Shown in pieces: positions 25,289 to 37,639 of a stretch of 64,000 nt of DNA. The notes beneath the pieces are model-generated. The model was given only the letters and a program-made list of their open reading frames with translations, did no database searches and was not told the DNA's origin. The stretch covers positions 3,603,032 through 3,667,031 of the forward strand of contig MU054400.1 of NCBI GenBank assembly GCA_013239625.1. Direction: 5' to 3'. This DNA comes from Lama guanicoe. Lineage: Eukaryota. Every line of letters starts with the position of its first letter. Position 1 is the first letter of the stretch. Both the position numbers and the translations under genes were made by a program.

Positions 25289-26379
25289 GGGATGGGATTG
25301 ACCAAGGTGGTGATGTAGGAAGCTCCTAAGCTTCCCTTTCTCCCATGGGCAAACTGAATGTATAGCTACACCTGGAGCACTTCCCTCTAAAAGAGATTCA
25401 GAAACTAGTTGGGTAACTTCTACACATTGAAAGGAAATACCCACATCAAAAGGGGTAGGAAAGACAGACACACTTGTCATAGACCTCACCCCTGACACAG
25501 CACCATACAATTGGGAGAGAACTCCCAACTCTCAGGTTCTGTCTGAGGAGTGAAGGCTTTGGATCCTACATCTAGCATCCCAACTTTGACTCCTTCCACC
25601 GTGATAGGCTTCCAGAACACGAGCTCTCAAAGCCAATGAAGCTTGTGTCTGTGAGACCTGTAAAACGATTGCAACCAAAGGAGCAGTTCATAATGGAAAT
25701 GGAGTCACTTGCTGTGGCTGTCCACCTCCCACAGGGATCAGCTCAGAGGAAGCAGGTAGAATCGCCCATCTCGCAGTCTTTCTTTGAAAGAGATTTATCT
25801 GTATACTTTAAAAGCTGCTGAGGGCCAAGTTTCTAATTTAGTGGGCACTAGGAGCTGGCTGCAATCCTCCCCAGAGACCAAGGAAGCCAGAGGACACCTT
25901 GTTTGGCTTCTCCCTCCAGCCCACTCCAAATCACCAGTATCTTCCTGGAAAGAACTTGCACATACGTTTGCATCCCAGCTTTTGTGGCTGCTTACAGGAG
26001 CATGGGACCCGGATCTCCTGGCTCTGATGACCAAAGTGGCTTCCATTCTTTTTTCTTTTTTTAACATCTTTTTATTGAGTAATAGTCATTTTACAATGTT
26101 GTGTCAAATTCCAGTGTAGAGCACAACCTTCCAGTTATACATGAACATACATATATTCATTGTCACATTTTTTTTCCGCCGTGAGCTACCACAAGATCTT
26201 ATATATATTTCCCTGTACTATACAGTATAATATTGTTTATCTATTCTACATTTTGAAATCCCAGTCTGTCCCTTCCCACCCCCTGCCTCCTTGGCAACCA
26301 CAAGTCTGTACTCTGTGTCCATGAATCTGTTTCCATTTTGTGTTTATGTTTTTTCTTATATATATATACCACATATGAG

Positions 26380-29300
26380 TTATCTCATATGGTATTTTTC
26401 TTTCTCTTTCTGGCATACTTCACTTAGAATGACATTCTCCAGGAACATCCATGTTGCTGCAAATGGCGTTATGTTGTCAGTTTTTATGGCTGAGTAGTAT
26501 TCCATTGCATAAATATACCACATCTTCTTTATCCAGTCATCTGTTGATGGACATTTAGGCTGTTTCCATGTCTTGGCTATTGTAAATAGTGCTGCTCTGA
26601 ACATTGGGGTGCAGGTGTCATCCTGGAGTAGATTTCCTTCTGGATACAAGCCCAGGAGTGGGATTCCTGGGTCATATGGTAAGTCTATTCCTAGTCTTTT
26701 GAGGAATCTCCATACTGTTTTCCACAGTGGCTGCACCAAACTGCATTCCCACCAGCAGTGTAGGAGGGTTCCCTTTTCTCCACAGCCTCTCCAGCATTTG
26801 TCATTCGTGGACTTTTGAATGATGGCCATTCTGACTGGTGTGAGGTGATAACCTCATTGTAGTTTTGATTTGCATTTCTCTGATAATTAGTGATACTGAG
26901 CATTTTTTCATGTGCCTATTGGTCATTTGTATTTCTTCCTTGGAGAATTGCTTGTTTAGGTCTTTTGCCCATTTTTGGATTGGGTTTTGTTTTTGGTTTT
27001 GTTTTTGTTGTCTTTTTAAGTTGTATGAGCTGCTTATATATTCTGGAGATCAAGCCTTTGTCGGTTTCATTTGCAAAAATTTTCTCCCATTCCGTAGGTT
27101 GTCTTTTTGTTTTGCTTATGGTTTCCTTTGCTGTGCAGAAGCTTGGAAGTTTCATTAGGTCCCGTTTGTTTATTCTTGCTTTTATTTCTGTTGCTTGGGT
27201 AGACTGCCCTAGAAGAACATTTTTGAGATGTATGTGAGATAATATTTTGCTGATGTTTTCTTCTAGGAGGTTTATTGTATCTTGTCTTATGTTTAAGTCT
27301 TAGATCCATTTTGAATTTATTTTTGTGTATGGTGTAAGGGAGTGTTCTAGCTTCACTGATTTATATGCTGCTGTCCAGTTTTCCCAGTGCCATTTGCTGA
27401 GGAGACTGTCTTTATTCCATTGTATATTCTTGCCTCCTTTGTCAAAGATTAGTTGACCCAAAGTTTGTGGGTTCATTTCTGGGCTGTCTGTTCTGTTCTG
27501 TTCTGTTGGTCTATATGTCTGTTTTTGTACCAGTACCATGCTGTCTTGATGACTGTAGCTCTGTAGTATAGTCTGAAGTCTGGGAGAGAGTTATTCCTCC
27601 AGCCTCTTTCTCTTCAGTAATGCTTTGGCAATTCTAGGTCTTCTGTGGTTGCATATAAATTTTATAATGATTTGCTCTAGTTCTGTGAAATATGTCCTGG
27701 GTAATTTGATAGGGATTGCATTAAATCTGTAGATTGCCTTGGGCAGTGTGACCATTTTAACAATATTGATTCTTCCAATCCAGGAGTATGGGATATCTTT
27801 CCATTTTTTAAAGTCTTCTTTAATTTCCATCATCAGTGGTTTATAGTTTTCTCTGTATAATTCTTTCACCTCCTTGGTTAGATTTATTCCTAGGTTTTTT
27901 ATTACTTTGGGTGCTATTTTAAAGGGGAGTGTTTCTTTACATTTTCTATTGATTCATCATTAGTATAAAGAAATGCAATTGATTTTTGAACATCAATCTT
28001 GTAACCTGCTACCTTGCTGAATTCTTCGATCAGCTCTGGTAGTTTTTGTATGGACCTTTTAGGGTTTTCTTTATTTAGTAACATGTCATTGGCATATAGT
28101 GACACTTTTACCTCTTCTTTTCCAGTTTGGATCCCGTTTATTTCTCTCTCTTGCCCAATTGCTGTGGCTAGGACTTCCAAGAGTATGTTGAATAGGAGTG
28201 GTGATAGTGGGCATCCTTGTCTTGTCCCAGATTTTAGTGGGAAACTTTTGAGTTTTTCACCATTGAGTACTATGCTGGCTGTAGGTTTGTCATATATAGC
28301 TTTTATTATGTTGAGATATGTTCCTTCTATACCCACTTTGGTGAGAGTTTTTATCATAAATGGGTGTTGAATTTTATCAAATGCTTTTTCTGCATCTATT
28401 GAGATGATCATGTGGCTTTGTCCTTTCTCTTGTTGATGTGATGTATTACATTGATTGATTTGCATGTGTTGAACCACCCTTGTGTCCCTGGGATGAACCC
28501 CACTTGATCATGATGTATAATCTTTTTTATGTGCTGTTGAGTTCTATTTGCTAATATTTTGGTGAGGATTTTTGCATCTGTGTTCATCAGTGATATTGGC
28601 CTATAATTCTCTTTTTTGGTAGTGTCTTTGCCTGGTTTTGGTATCAGGGTGATGGTGGCTTCATAGAATGAGTTTGATGAGTGTGGGAGTATTCCCTCCT
28701 TTTCGTCTTCTGGAAGAGTTTGAGAAGGACTGGTATGAGTTCTTCTTTCTATGTTTGGTAGAATTCCTCGGTGAAGCCATCCAGTCTTGGACTTTCATTT
28801 GTAGGGAGGTTTTTTTATTGCTAATTCAATTTCATTTGTAGTGATCATTTTGTTCAAGTGGTCAGTTTCTTCTTGGTTCAGTCTTGGTGGACTGTATGTT
28901 TCCAGAAACTTGTCCATTTCCTCTAGGTTATCAATTTTGGTTCCATATAGTCTTTCATAATATTCTTGTATGACATTCTGTATTTCTATTTTATTTGTTG
29001 TAATTTCTCCATTTTCCTTTCTTGTTTTGCTGATTTGTGCTCTCTCTTTTTTCTTCTTTGTGAGTTTGGCCAGAGGTTTGTTGATTTTATTTACTCTTTC
29101 AAGAAACCAGCTTTTGGTTCTATTGATTTTTTCTATTATTTTTTAATCTCTTATTTTATTTTTTTTCTCCCTAATCTTTATTATTTCCTTCCTTCTGCTG
29201 CTTTTTGGGGTTTTTTGCTCTTCTTTTTCTAGTTCTTTTAGCTGGTGGGTTAGATTGTTTATTTGAGATTGTTCTTTTATGAGGAAGCCCTGTATTGCTA

Positions 29301-30186
29301 TAAACTTCCCTCTTAGCACTGGCTTTGCTGTATCCCATAAATTTTATGTGGTTGTGTTTTCATTTTCATTTGTCTCAAGGTATTTTTTAATTTCAATTTT
29401 GATTTCCTCATTGACCCATTGGTTTTTTAATACCATGTTGTTTAATCTCCATGCTTTCCTTTTTTCCTCCTTTGTTTCTCTGTAGTTGATTTCTAGTTGT
29501 GGTCAGTAAACATGCTTGAGATAATTTCTGTCTTCTTAAAATTGTTGAGGTTTCTTTTGTGCCCAAGTACATGATCAATCCTAGAAAATGTTCCATGTGC
29601 ACTTGAAAAGAATGTATATCCTATTTTGGGGGGTGTAATGCTATGAAAATATCCACCAAATCTAATTTTTCTATTGTATCATTTAATTTCTCTGTTGCCT
29701 TATTTATTTTCTGTCTAGAAGATCTGTCTAGTGATGTTAATGCAGTGTTAAAATCTCCAGCAATTGTATTGCATTCCCATCAGTTTCCCCCTTTATCTCT
29801 GTTAGTAATTGTTTTATGTACTTAGCTGCTCCTATGTTGGGTGCATATATATTAATGAGTGTAATATCCTCATCTTGTATTACTCCTTTAATCATTATAA
29901 AATGTCCTTCTTTATCTTTCTTTATGGCCTTTGTTTTAAAGTCTATTTTGTCTGAAATCAGTACTGCAACACCTGCCTTTTTGGCTTTTCCATTTGTATG
30001 GAATATCTTTTTCCATCCTTTGACTCTCAATCTGTATGTGTCCTTCTCCCTAACGTGGGTCTCTTGTATGCGGCATATTGAAGGTTCTTGCTTTATTATC
30101 CAGTCTGCCACTCTATGTGTTTTGACTGGAGCATTTAGTCCATTAACATTTACCATAATTAATGATAGAGGTGTGTTTATTACCAT
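26380..30186 (-). pseudogene. Disrupted L1 ORF2 (APE endonuclease, reverse transcriptase, Cys-rich C-terminus)
   Basis: fragments NVNGLNAPVK...IQETH...[23 protein letters not shown]...[15 protein letters not shown]...[24 protein letters not shown]; split by frameshifts and stops. Confidence 0.95.
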
Positions 30187-30596
30187 TTTGAACTTATTTT
30201 TGCAGTTTATTTGGTATTTCCTCTTTGTTCCTTTCTTCTTCCTTTTGTGGTTTGGTAATTTTCCTTTGTATTATCTTGGATTTTATTTAGTTTTTGTGAC
30301 TCACTTGTAAGTTTTTGGCTTGTGGTTACCCTTTTTTGTAAGTCTATTAACCCATTACTATAACTCTTTCTACTAAACGGATAGTAATATAATCTCAAAC
30401 CCATCCTACTGAGAACAAAAAATTTTAAAAAGAAAAGAAAAAAAATACTCTATATTTCCTTGCTTCCCTCTCCCACTTTTAATGATTTAGATGTCTTCTT
30501 TTACAATTTTGCGTTTATTCTGTTTGTAATTCATGGTAGTTATCATTTTTCCAGTTATGAGTTTCTCAGTTTTGTAGGATCCTGCTTCTTTTCTAT

Positions 30597-31465
30597 TTAG
30601 AGTAGACCTGTCAATATTTCTTTTAACATGGATTTAGTGTTGCTAAACTCTTTTAGTTTTCGCTTGTCTGTGAAGTTCTTTATCTCTCCTTCTATTCTGA
30701 GGGATACCCTTGCTGGGTAGAGTATCCTAGGCTGCATCTTTTTTTCATTTGGGACTTTGAATATATCTTGCCACTCCCTTCTGGCCTGTTTGTGTAGAAA
30801 AATCAGCTGAGAGCCTTAGGGGGATTCCCTTGTAACTTTGTTTTTCTCTTACTGCCTTTAGGATCATTTCTTTATCCTTGACTCTGGCCATCTTGACTAT
30901 GATATATCTTGGTGTGGGTCTATTTGGGTTTTTTCCTGTTTGGGACCCTCTGAGCCTCCTGTACTTACATATTTTAGGTTTGGGAAGTTTTCAGTCATGA
31001 TTTCTTCAAATACCTTTTCAATCCCCTTTGTTCTTTCTTCCCCTTCTGGAACCCCTATTATGCGTAGATTGGCACACTTTATATTATCCCATAGGCCCCT
31101 TATATTGTTTTTATTATTTTTTATTTGTTTTTCTCTCAGCTCTTCTGATTGGGTGCTTTCTGTTGTCCTGTCTTCTAGGTCACTTATTTGTTCCTCTGCA
31201 TTATCTAGCCTGCTTTGTATGGCCTTTAGATCAGTTCTCATTTCAGCCAATGGGCTTACCATTCTACTTGGTTCTTCTTTATAGCTTCAGTTTCATTTTT
31301 GACATATTTTATATCTCTAAACACTATTTCTTTTAGTTCCTTCAGTACTTTGATCACTCCTTTTTTGAAATCTTCATCTAGTAGGCCATCAATGTCTATT
31401 TCCTTGATCGTGCTTTCAGGGGATTTCTCTTGATCTTTTAATTGGGAATTGTTCCTCTGCTTCAT
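30597..31465 (-). pseudogene. Disrupted L1 ORF1
   Basis: MKQRNNSQLKDQEKSPE...; SRLDNAEEQISDLEDR...NLRIIGVPEGEER...IMTENFPNL; frameshifted. Confidence 0.9.
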
Positions 31466-31989
31466 ATTGCTCGTATCTTTCTGGCACTGTGGCTTAAGGA
31501 GTATCAGTAGTCTATTGTGGTCCTTAAGGAGTTTATTTATTTATCTATCTAAAGTCTATGCAGGAATAAAACTTAAAAAAGAGAATTTTAAAAGAATGGA
31601 GAAAAAAAGATTTGAAAACAGTGTATAATCAATAATAGAAGAGCAAGTTGAAGCAGGATAGCAATCAAATTGAGACGTCTTTTAAAAACCTAAAAAAAAA
31701 GGAGAAAAAAATCAGAAAACAATATTTGAAACCTGCGTATAATCAATAACAGGAGATCAAAACCAAGAGAATTAAAAATGAAATGAGGTGGATTTTAAAA
31801 AAGAATAATAATGAAAAGATTTTTTTTTTATTTTAAAGGGATTAAAACTGTAGACATACACAATTGTTTAAAAAGTAAAAAATTAAAAGTAATAGAAAAT
31901 AGAACAGATATAAAAAAGATTAAAAAAAAAAGGGGATGTGTTCTCTTGAAGACTGTGTGCTCTTAATGATTTTGAGAGGTCTTTCTGTC

Positions 31990-33234
31990 TTCAGCCTGTT
32001 TCACAAACTCAGCTTGCTGCTTCCTCAGGCCCTCCTTTGGCGCCCACATCTGTGCTGCTCCCAGTGCCTGTCGGCAGGCATATCTCGCCCCCTCACAACA
32101 CTGGGTCAGGTGCTGTTCTTCACTGTAGACGGGCGGGTCACTCCCCATCCTGATGCCACAGTCAGATGTTGCAGACCGGCCCGGTAGACGGGCAGATTGC
32201 ATTCCCTCCCAGCACCACGGTCAGGTGCTGCGTTCCTACCAGGAAAGCGAGTCACTGCCTGCCCTCCCCCAGCGCCAGTCGCTTTGCTGCTCTGTGCAGC
32301 TGCCGGCTCCGTCTTGGGTCAGCACTCTGTAGGCGGTCTCGGGGAAGACCACGGAACAGCCCTGCCCCTGGCCCGCTGCAAAACTCAGCTATTTGTTTGT
32401 CTTGGTGGCATGAGTTCTCTGAGGTGCCAGGGCAGAAAGAGCCTATCTGCCTCAGGCTGTAAACAAGTCTCAGTCCTGCCTGGGAGGTTGTGGAGCCCCT
32501 GGTGCGGATTCAGGTCTCAGCCCTACCCCCGCCCAGGGGCTGCGCACAGGAGGATATGGAGGCTGTGGCTGCTCCCCACCTCTCTTCTTGTGAGAAGTGC
32601 CAGTAATGGCGCTGCAGGTCTGAGGAGACAAAGGCTACAGTGCCCCGCCCCGCCAGGCCACACCCGCAGTTTTGCTTTGCTTTTTTCGTAATTTGTGGGG
32701 GACCGAGGTGGTTCTGCTCTGTATCCCCTCCCAGCCACATCGCACAGCACCCTGCAGTCCCCTGGGGCTGCCTCAGTGCCGCTGCTCCAGTCCTCCGCCC
32801 GGCTTGGGCAGCCTGTCCCGGCCCCCAGCTGCCGGCTCGCATCTCAGGCTGGGTGTCACAGGGACCCTCTGTGCCTGTTTAACTTAGTTCTGTCGGTCAA
32901 GGGGTGCTCTTGCAGATCTGAGCCTTGGAGGCTCCCCCTCTGTCCCGCTGGCCTCTCCTCTGGAGAGGGGAAGACCCAGCAATCAAGCGCTGTTCCTCCT
33001 TTGCTGGTCCTTCCCCGGGGAACCGGTCCCGCACCATTTTGCTTTTTTCTTCTTTTTTCCTTTTCTGCTACCAAATTCGTGGCATCTTTGTTTTTTGAAG
33101 AAGGCGATGATCTTTCAGAATTCAGCCGGTGTGCTGGTTGCCTGGGTGAGTCCATGGATGTGAGTTTTCATGTATTTGTGGGAGAAGGGGAGCTATGAGC
33201 GCCCTTCTACTCCACCATCTTGGCTCCTCCTCCC
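31990..33234 (-). promoter_or_regulatory. GC/CpG-rich L1 5'UTR (internal promoter) with YY1-type CAAGATGG near the 5' end
   Basis: sharp GC and CpG enrichment over the AT-rich background; ccatcttgg at ~33215-33223. Confidence 0.7.
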
Positions 33235-34692
33235 AGGGGCTTCCATTCATGAGTCCTACAAGACTCATGTTGCAAAGAATCAATCCTTAACTGGTTCTAC
33301 TCCCCAGGGCTCAGCACAGGGAGCATGCAAAATCACTCATCTCCCATTCTTTCCCTGAAATAGGTTTATCTCCATACTTCAAAAGCTGCTTCTAAGTTAG
33401 AAGACATCTAGGGGCTGCCTGAGATCATCCCCAGAGACCAGAGAAGCCAACAGGCATCTCTCCCACCTTCTCCCTTTAGCCCACTCCAATAATAAAACCC
33501 ATTTGACAGTGTCTCCCAAGAAGGAGCTTATACACACATCTGGTGCCCAGGATTTTGTAGCTGCCACCTGGGGGGATGGCCCCCAGATCACTCGGCAATT
33601 ATAGCCAGTGGGGCATGTATTCAAGAGTCTCACAGGGCTGTATCAAACAAATAGTTACTAATGGTTGTAGAGCACTCTTCCCCATGGCTGTATACCCAGG
33701 CCCAGCAAAGAAGGGTTAGGCAAAAACAACCTTCTCCCAGTTTCTCCTTAGAAAGGATTTAACTACATAACTTTCCCAGCTGCTGCCTGAAGGTCCAGCT
33801 TCTAATTAGCCTGCATCTAGGTACTGATTGTGGTCCTTTCCTTGGGGACTCTCATGGGTCTTGGCACACACTCAACTACTGGGAGCCACTGAGAGCAAAG
33901 GAGGCTTGGATGGTCACAAAACTTTGAGAGCCAACTATGAACTTGTGCTGGGCTGAGTGACCAAGTTTATCTCTTGTATGATAAAATTTATCTCCTACAT
34001 GAGATCCGTCTGTCAAGACTGGAAGATGTTTTATCTGATTCCCAGACCAACACAGAGAGTCAAGGAAAACAGAAACAGAAGTATGTTCCAAACGAAAGAA
34101 CAAGGTAAATATCCCGAAACAGATCTTCATGATATGGATATAAGTGGTTTACCTGATTGAAAGTTCAAAACAACAGTCTTAAAGGTGGTCACTGAAGTCA
34201 AGAAGAAATGCATGAACAAAGTGAGAATTTCAACAAGGAGATAGTAAATTTCAAAAAGTACAGCAGAGAAATCACAGAGTTGAAGGATTCAGAAATGAAC
34301 TGAAAGATTAAATAGGTTAAACAGCAGACTAGATCAGTGGAAGAAAGGGTCAGCGGACTTGAAGACAGGGCAGTGGAATTCATCCAGGGTAGGGGGAAAA
34401 AAGAGTACTGATAGATCGTGGGATTTGTGGGATACCATCAAGCAGACCAGGATACACATGATAGGGATTCCAAAAGGAGAAGAGAGAGGAATGGGGCAGT
34501 AAGCTTATTCAAAGAAATAATGGCTGAAAACTTCCCTAACCTGGGGAAAGAAACAGACATCCACATTCAGGAGGCTTGGAGATTTTGAAATAAGTTGAAT
34601 CCTAAGAGACCCACACTCAGACACATTATAATTAAATTGTCAAAAGTTAAAGACAAGGAATCTTAAAAGCGGCAAAAGAAAAGCAATTTGTT

Positions 34693-34737
34693 NNNNNNNN
34701 NNNNNNNNNNNNNNNNNNNNNNNNNNNNNNNNNNNNN
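34693..34737. other. Assembly gap (45 N)
   Basis: N run. Confidence 1.
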
Positions 34738-36722
34738 GCCAGTAATGGCGCTGCAGGTCTGAGGAGACAAAGGCTACAGTGCCCCGCCCCGCCAGGCCAC
34801 ACCCGCAGTTTTGCTTTGCTTTTTTCGTAATTTGTGGGGGACCGAGGTGGTTCTGCTCTGTATCCCCTCCCAGCCACATCGCACAGCACCCTGCAGTCCC
34901 CTGGGGCTGCCTCAGTGCCGCTGCTCCAGTCCTCCGCCCGGCTTGGGCAGCCTGTCCCGGCCCCCAGCTGCCGGCTCGCATCTCAGGCTGGGTGTCACAG
35001 GGACCCTCTGTGCCTGTTTAACTTAGTTCTGTCGGTCAAGGGGTGCTCTTGCAGATCTGAGCCTTGGAGGCTCCCCCTCTGTCCCGCTGGCCTCTCCTCT
35101 GGAGAGGGGAAGACCCAGCAATCAAGCGCTGTTCCTCCTTTGCTGGTCCTTCCCCGGGGAACCGGTCCCGCACCATTTTGCTTTTTTCTTCTTTTTTCCT
35201 TTTCTCCTACCAAATTCGTGGCATCTTTGTTTTTTGAAGAAGGCGATGATCTTTCAGAATTCAGCCGGTGTGCTGGTTGCCTGGGTGAGTCCATGGATGT
35301 GAGTTTTCGTGTATTTGTGGGAGAAGGGGAGCTATGAGCGCCCTTCTACTCCACCATCTTGGCTCCTCCTCCCAGGGGCTTCCATTCATGAGTCCTACAA
35401 GACTCATGTTGCAAAGAATCAATCCTTAACTGGTTCTACTCCCCAGGGCTCAGCACAGGGAGCATGCAAAATCACTCATCTCCCATTCTTTCCCTGAAAT
35501 AGGTTTATCTCCATACTTCAAAAGCTGCTGCCTGACAGCCAAGCTTCTAAGTTAGAAGACATCTAGGGGCTGCCTGAGATCATCCCCAGAGACCAGAGAA
35601 GCCAGCAGGCATCTCTCCCACCTTCTCCCTTTAGCCCACTCCAATAATAAAACCCATTTGACAGTGTCTCCCAAGAAGGAGTTTATAAACACATCTGGTN
35701 NNNNNNNNNNNNNNNNNNNNNNNNNNNNNNNNNNNNNNNNNNNNNNNNNNNNNNNNNNNNNNNNNNNNNNNNNNNNNNNNNNNNNNNNNNNNNNNNNNNN
35801 NNNNNNNNNNNNNNNNNNNNNNNNNNNNNNNNNNNNNNNNNNNNNNNNNNNNNNNNNNNNNNNNNNNNNNNNNNNNNNNNNNNNNNNNNNNNNNNNNNNN
35901 NNNNNNNNNNNNNNNNNNNNNNNNNNNNNNNNNNNNNNNNNNNNNNNNNNNNNNNNNNNNNNNNNNNNNNNNNNNNNNNNNNNNNNNNNNNNNNNNNNNN
36001 NNNNNNNNNNNNNNNNNNNNNNNNNNNNNNNNNNNNNNNNNNNNNNNNNNNNNNNNNNNNNNNNNNNNNNNNNNNNNNNNNNNNNNNNNNNNNNNNNNNN
36101 NNNNNNNNNNNNNNNNNNNNNNNNNNNNNNNNNNNNNNNNNNNNNNNNNNNNNNNNNNNNNNNNNNNNNNNNNNNNNNNNNNNNNNNNNNNNNNNNNNNN
36201 NNNNNNNNNNNNNNNNNNNNNNNNNNNNNNNNNNNNNNNNNNNNNNNNNNNNNNNNNNNNNNNNNNNNNNNNNNNNNNNNNNNNNNNNNNNNNNNNNNNN
36301 NNNNNNNNNNNNNNNNNNNNNNNNNNNNNNNNNNNNNNNNNNNNNNNNNNNNNNNNNAAGGGTCAGCGACTTGAAGACAGGGCAGTGGAATTCATCCAGG
36401 GTAGGGGAAAAAAAGAGTACTGATAGAAAAAAGAGTACTGATAGATCGTGGGATTTGTGGGATACCATCAAGCAGACCAGGATACACATGATAGGGATTC
36501 CAAAAGGAGAAGAGAGAGGAATGGGGCAGTAAGCTTATTCAAAGAAATAATGGCTGAAAACTTCCCTAACCTGGGGAAAGAAACAGACATCCACATTCAG
36601 GAGGCTTGGAGATTTTGAAATAAGTTGAATCCTAAGAGACCCACACTCAGACACATTATAATTAAATTGTCAAAAGTTAAAGACAAGGAATCTTAAAAGC
36701 GGCAAAAGAAAAGCAATTTGTT
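34738..36722 (+). repeat. Second copy of 32599-34692 (near-identical tandem duplication, gap-bracketed)
   Basis: 34738-35699 matches 32599-33544; 36358-36722 matches 34345-34692. Confidence 0.95.
35700..36357. other. Assembly gap (658 N)
   Basis: N run. Confidence 1.
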
Positions 36723-37199
36723 TTATCCAAGGTAACACTCTTAAGACTGTCAGTAGATAGTTTAGCAAAAACCATGCAGGCCAGAAGGGAAGGGGGATCA
36801 TATATTAAAAGTGCTGAGGGAGAACAAAACAAAACAAAAAACAAAACAACTGCTAACCAAGGGTATCCAGCAAAGTTGTCTTTAAGAATAAGGAAGAGAG
36901 AAAAAATTTCCAGACGAAAGCTGAAGGAGTTCACCACCACTAGACAACCTCACAAGAAATGTTCAAGGCGTTCTTTAAGCTGAAACAAAAGGACACTCAT
37001 TACTAGTAGGAAAACATGAGAGTATAAAACTCACTGGTAAAGGTGAATATAGTTAAATTCATAATATTCTAATACTGTAATGGTAGATAAATCACATATC
37101 TCTGGTATGAAGGTTACAAGACAAAAGGTGTTAAAAATAAACTATACAATCATTTAGTGGATATGCAACCATATATTGCAAATTGTGAAGTCACAAATA

Positions 37200-37310
37200 T
37201 CTTTTCTCTCTCTCCCTCTTTTTTTTTTAATGGAGGGACTGGGGATTGAACCCAGGACCTTGTGCATGCTAAGCATGTGCTCTACCCCTGAGCTATACCA
37301 CCCTTCCCCC
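37200..37310 (-). mobile_element. Vic-1-type tRNA-derived SINE (camelid)
   Basis: reverse complement reads gtatagctcaggggtagagcacatgcttagcatgcacaaggtcctgggttcaatccccagt + A tail; flanking aaatt(g/a)tgaagtca direct repeat. Confidence 0.85.
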
Positions 37311-37639
37311 AAAATTATGAAGTCAAAACCGTAAAATATCAGGGTGGAGGGGGCAGCTTTGAAGTTATTATCAGCTTCAGATAGACTGTTTTAAATATGT
37401 TTTATGCAAGGACCATAGTAACCACAAAGCAAAAGCCATTAGTAGATATGCAAAAGGTAAAAAGAAAAGGAGGCATACCGCTAGAGAAAAATCATCAAAT
37501 AACAAAGGAAAAGAGCAAGAGAAGGAAGAGCAGAACACAATGGAATTGCAAAACAACCAGAAAACAATTAACAAACTGGAGATGGCAAGTCCATACCTAT
37601 GTAAGTGGGCCAAGCTTTCCAATCAAAAGACATAAACGG

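Larger units (their letters stand above)
26049..33234 (-). mobile_element. Full-length (~7.19 kb) lineage-specific L1, inactivated, with 14-bp TSD
   Basis: minus-strand start GGGAGGAGGAGCCAAGATGG, CpG-rich 5'UTR, ORF1 and ORF2 fragments in the ORF track, AATAAA + A-tail at ~26049-26076; TSD ag(t/g)ggcttccattc at 26035-26048 and 33235-33248. Confidence 0.96.
25290..37636 (+). mobile_element. Older sense L1 (5'UTR, ORF1, inter-ORF, start of ORF2), split by the full-length L1, the duplication/gaps and a SINE
   Basis: ccaaggtggtg...gtaggaagctcc start; ORF1 motifs (ttcaaagaaataatggctgaaaacttccctaacctgggg; aagctgaaggagttcaccaccactagac); ORF2 start motif ccaatcaaaagaca at ~37620. Confidence 0.8.

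Noticed and set aside
26573..31336. Many + strand ORFs of 60-164 aa
   Set aside because: Antisense shadows of L1 ORF1 and ORF2.
35658..36489. 238-aa and 268-aa ORFs
   Set aside because: Artefacts of reading through the N gap.
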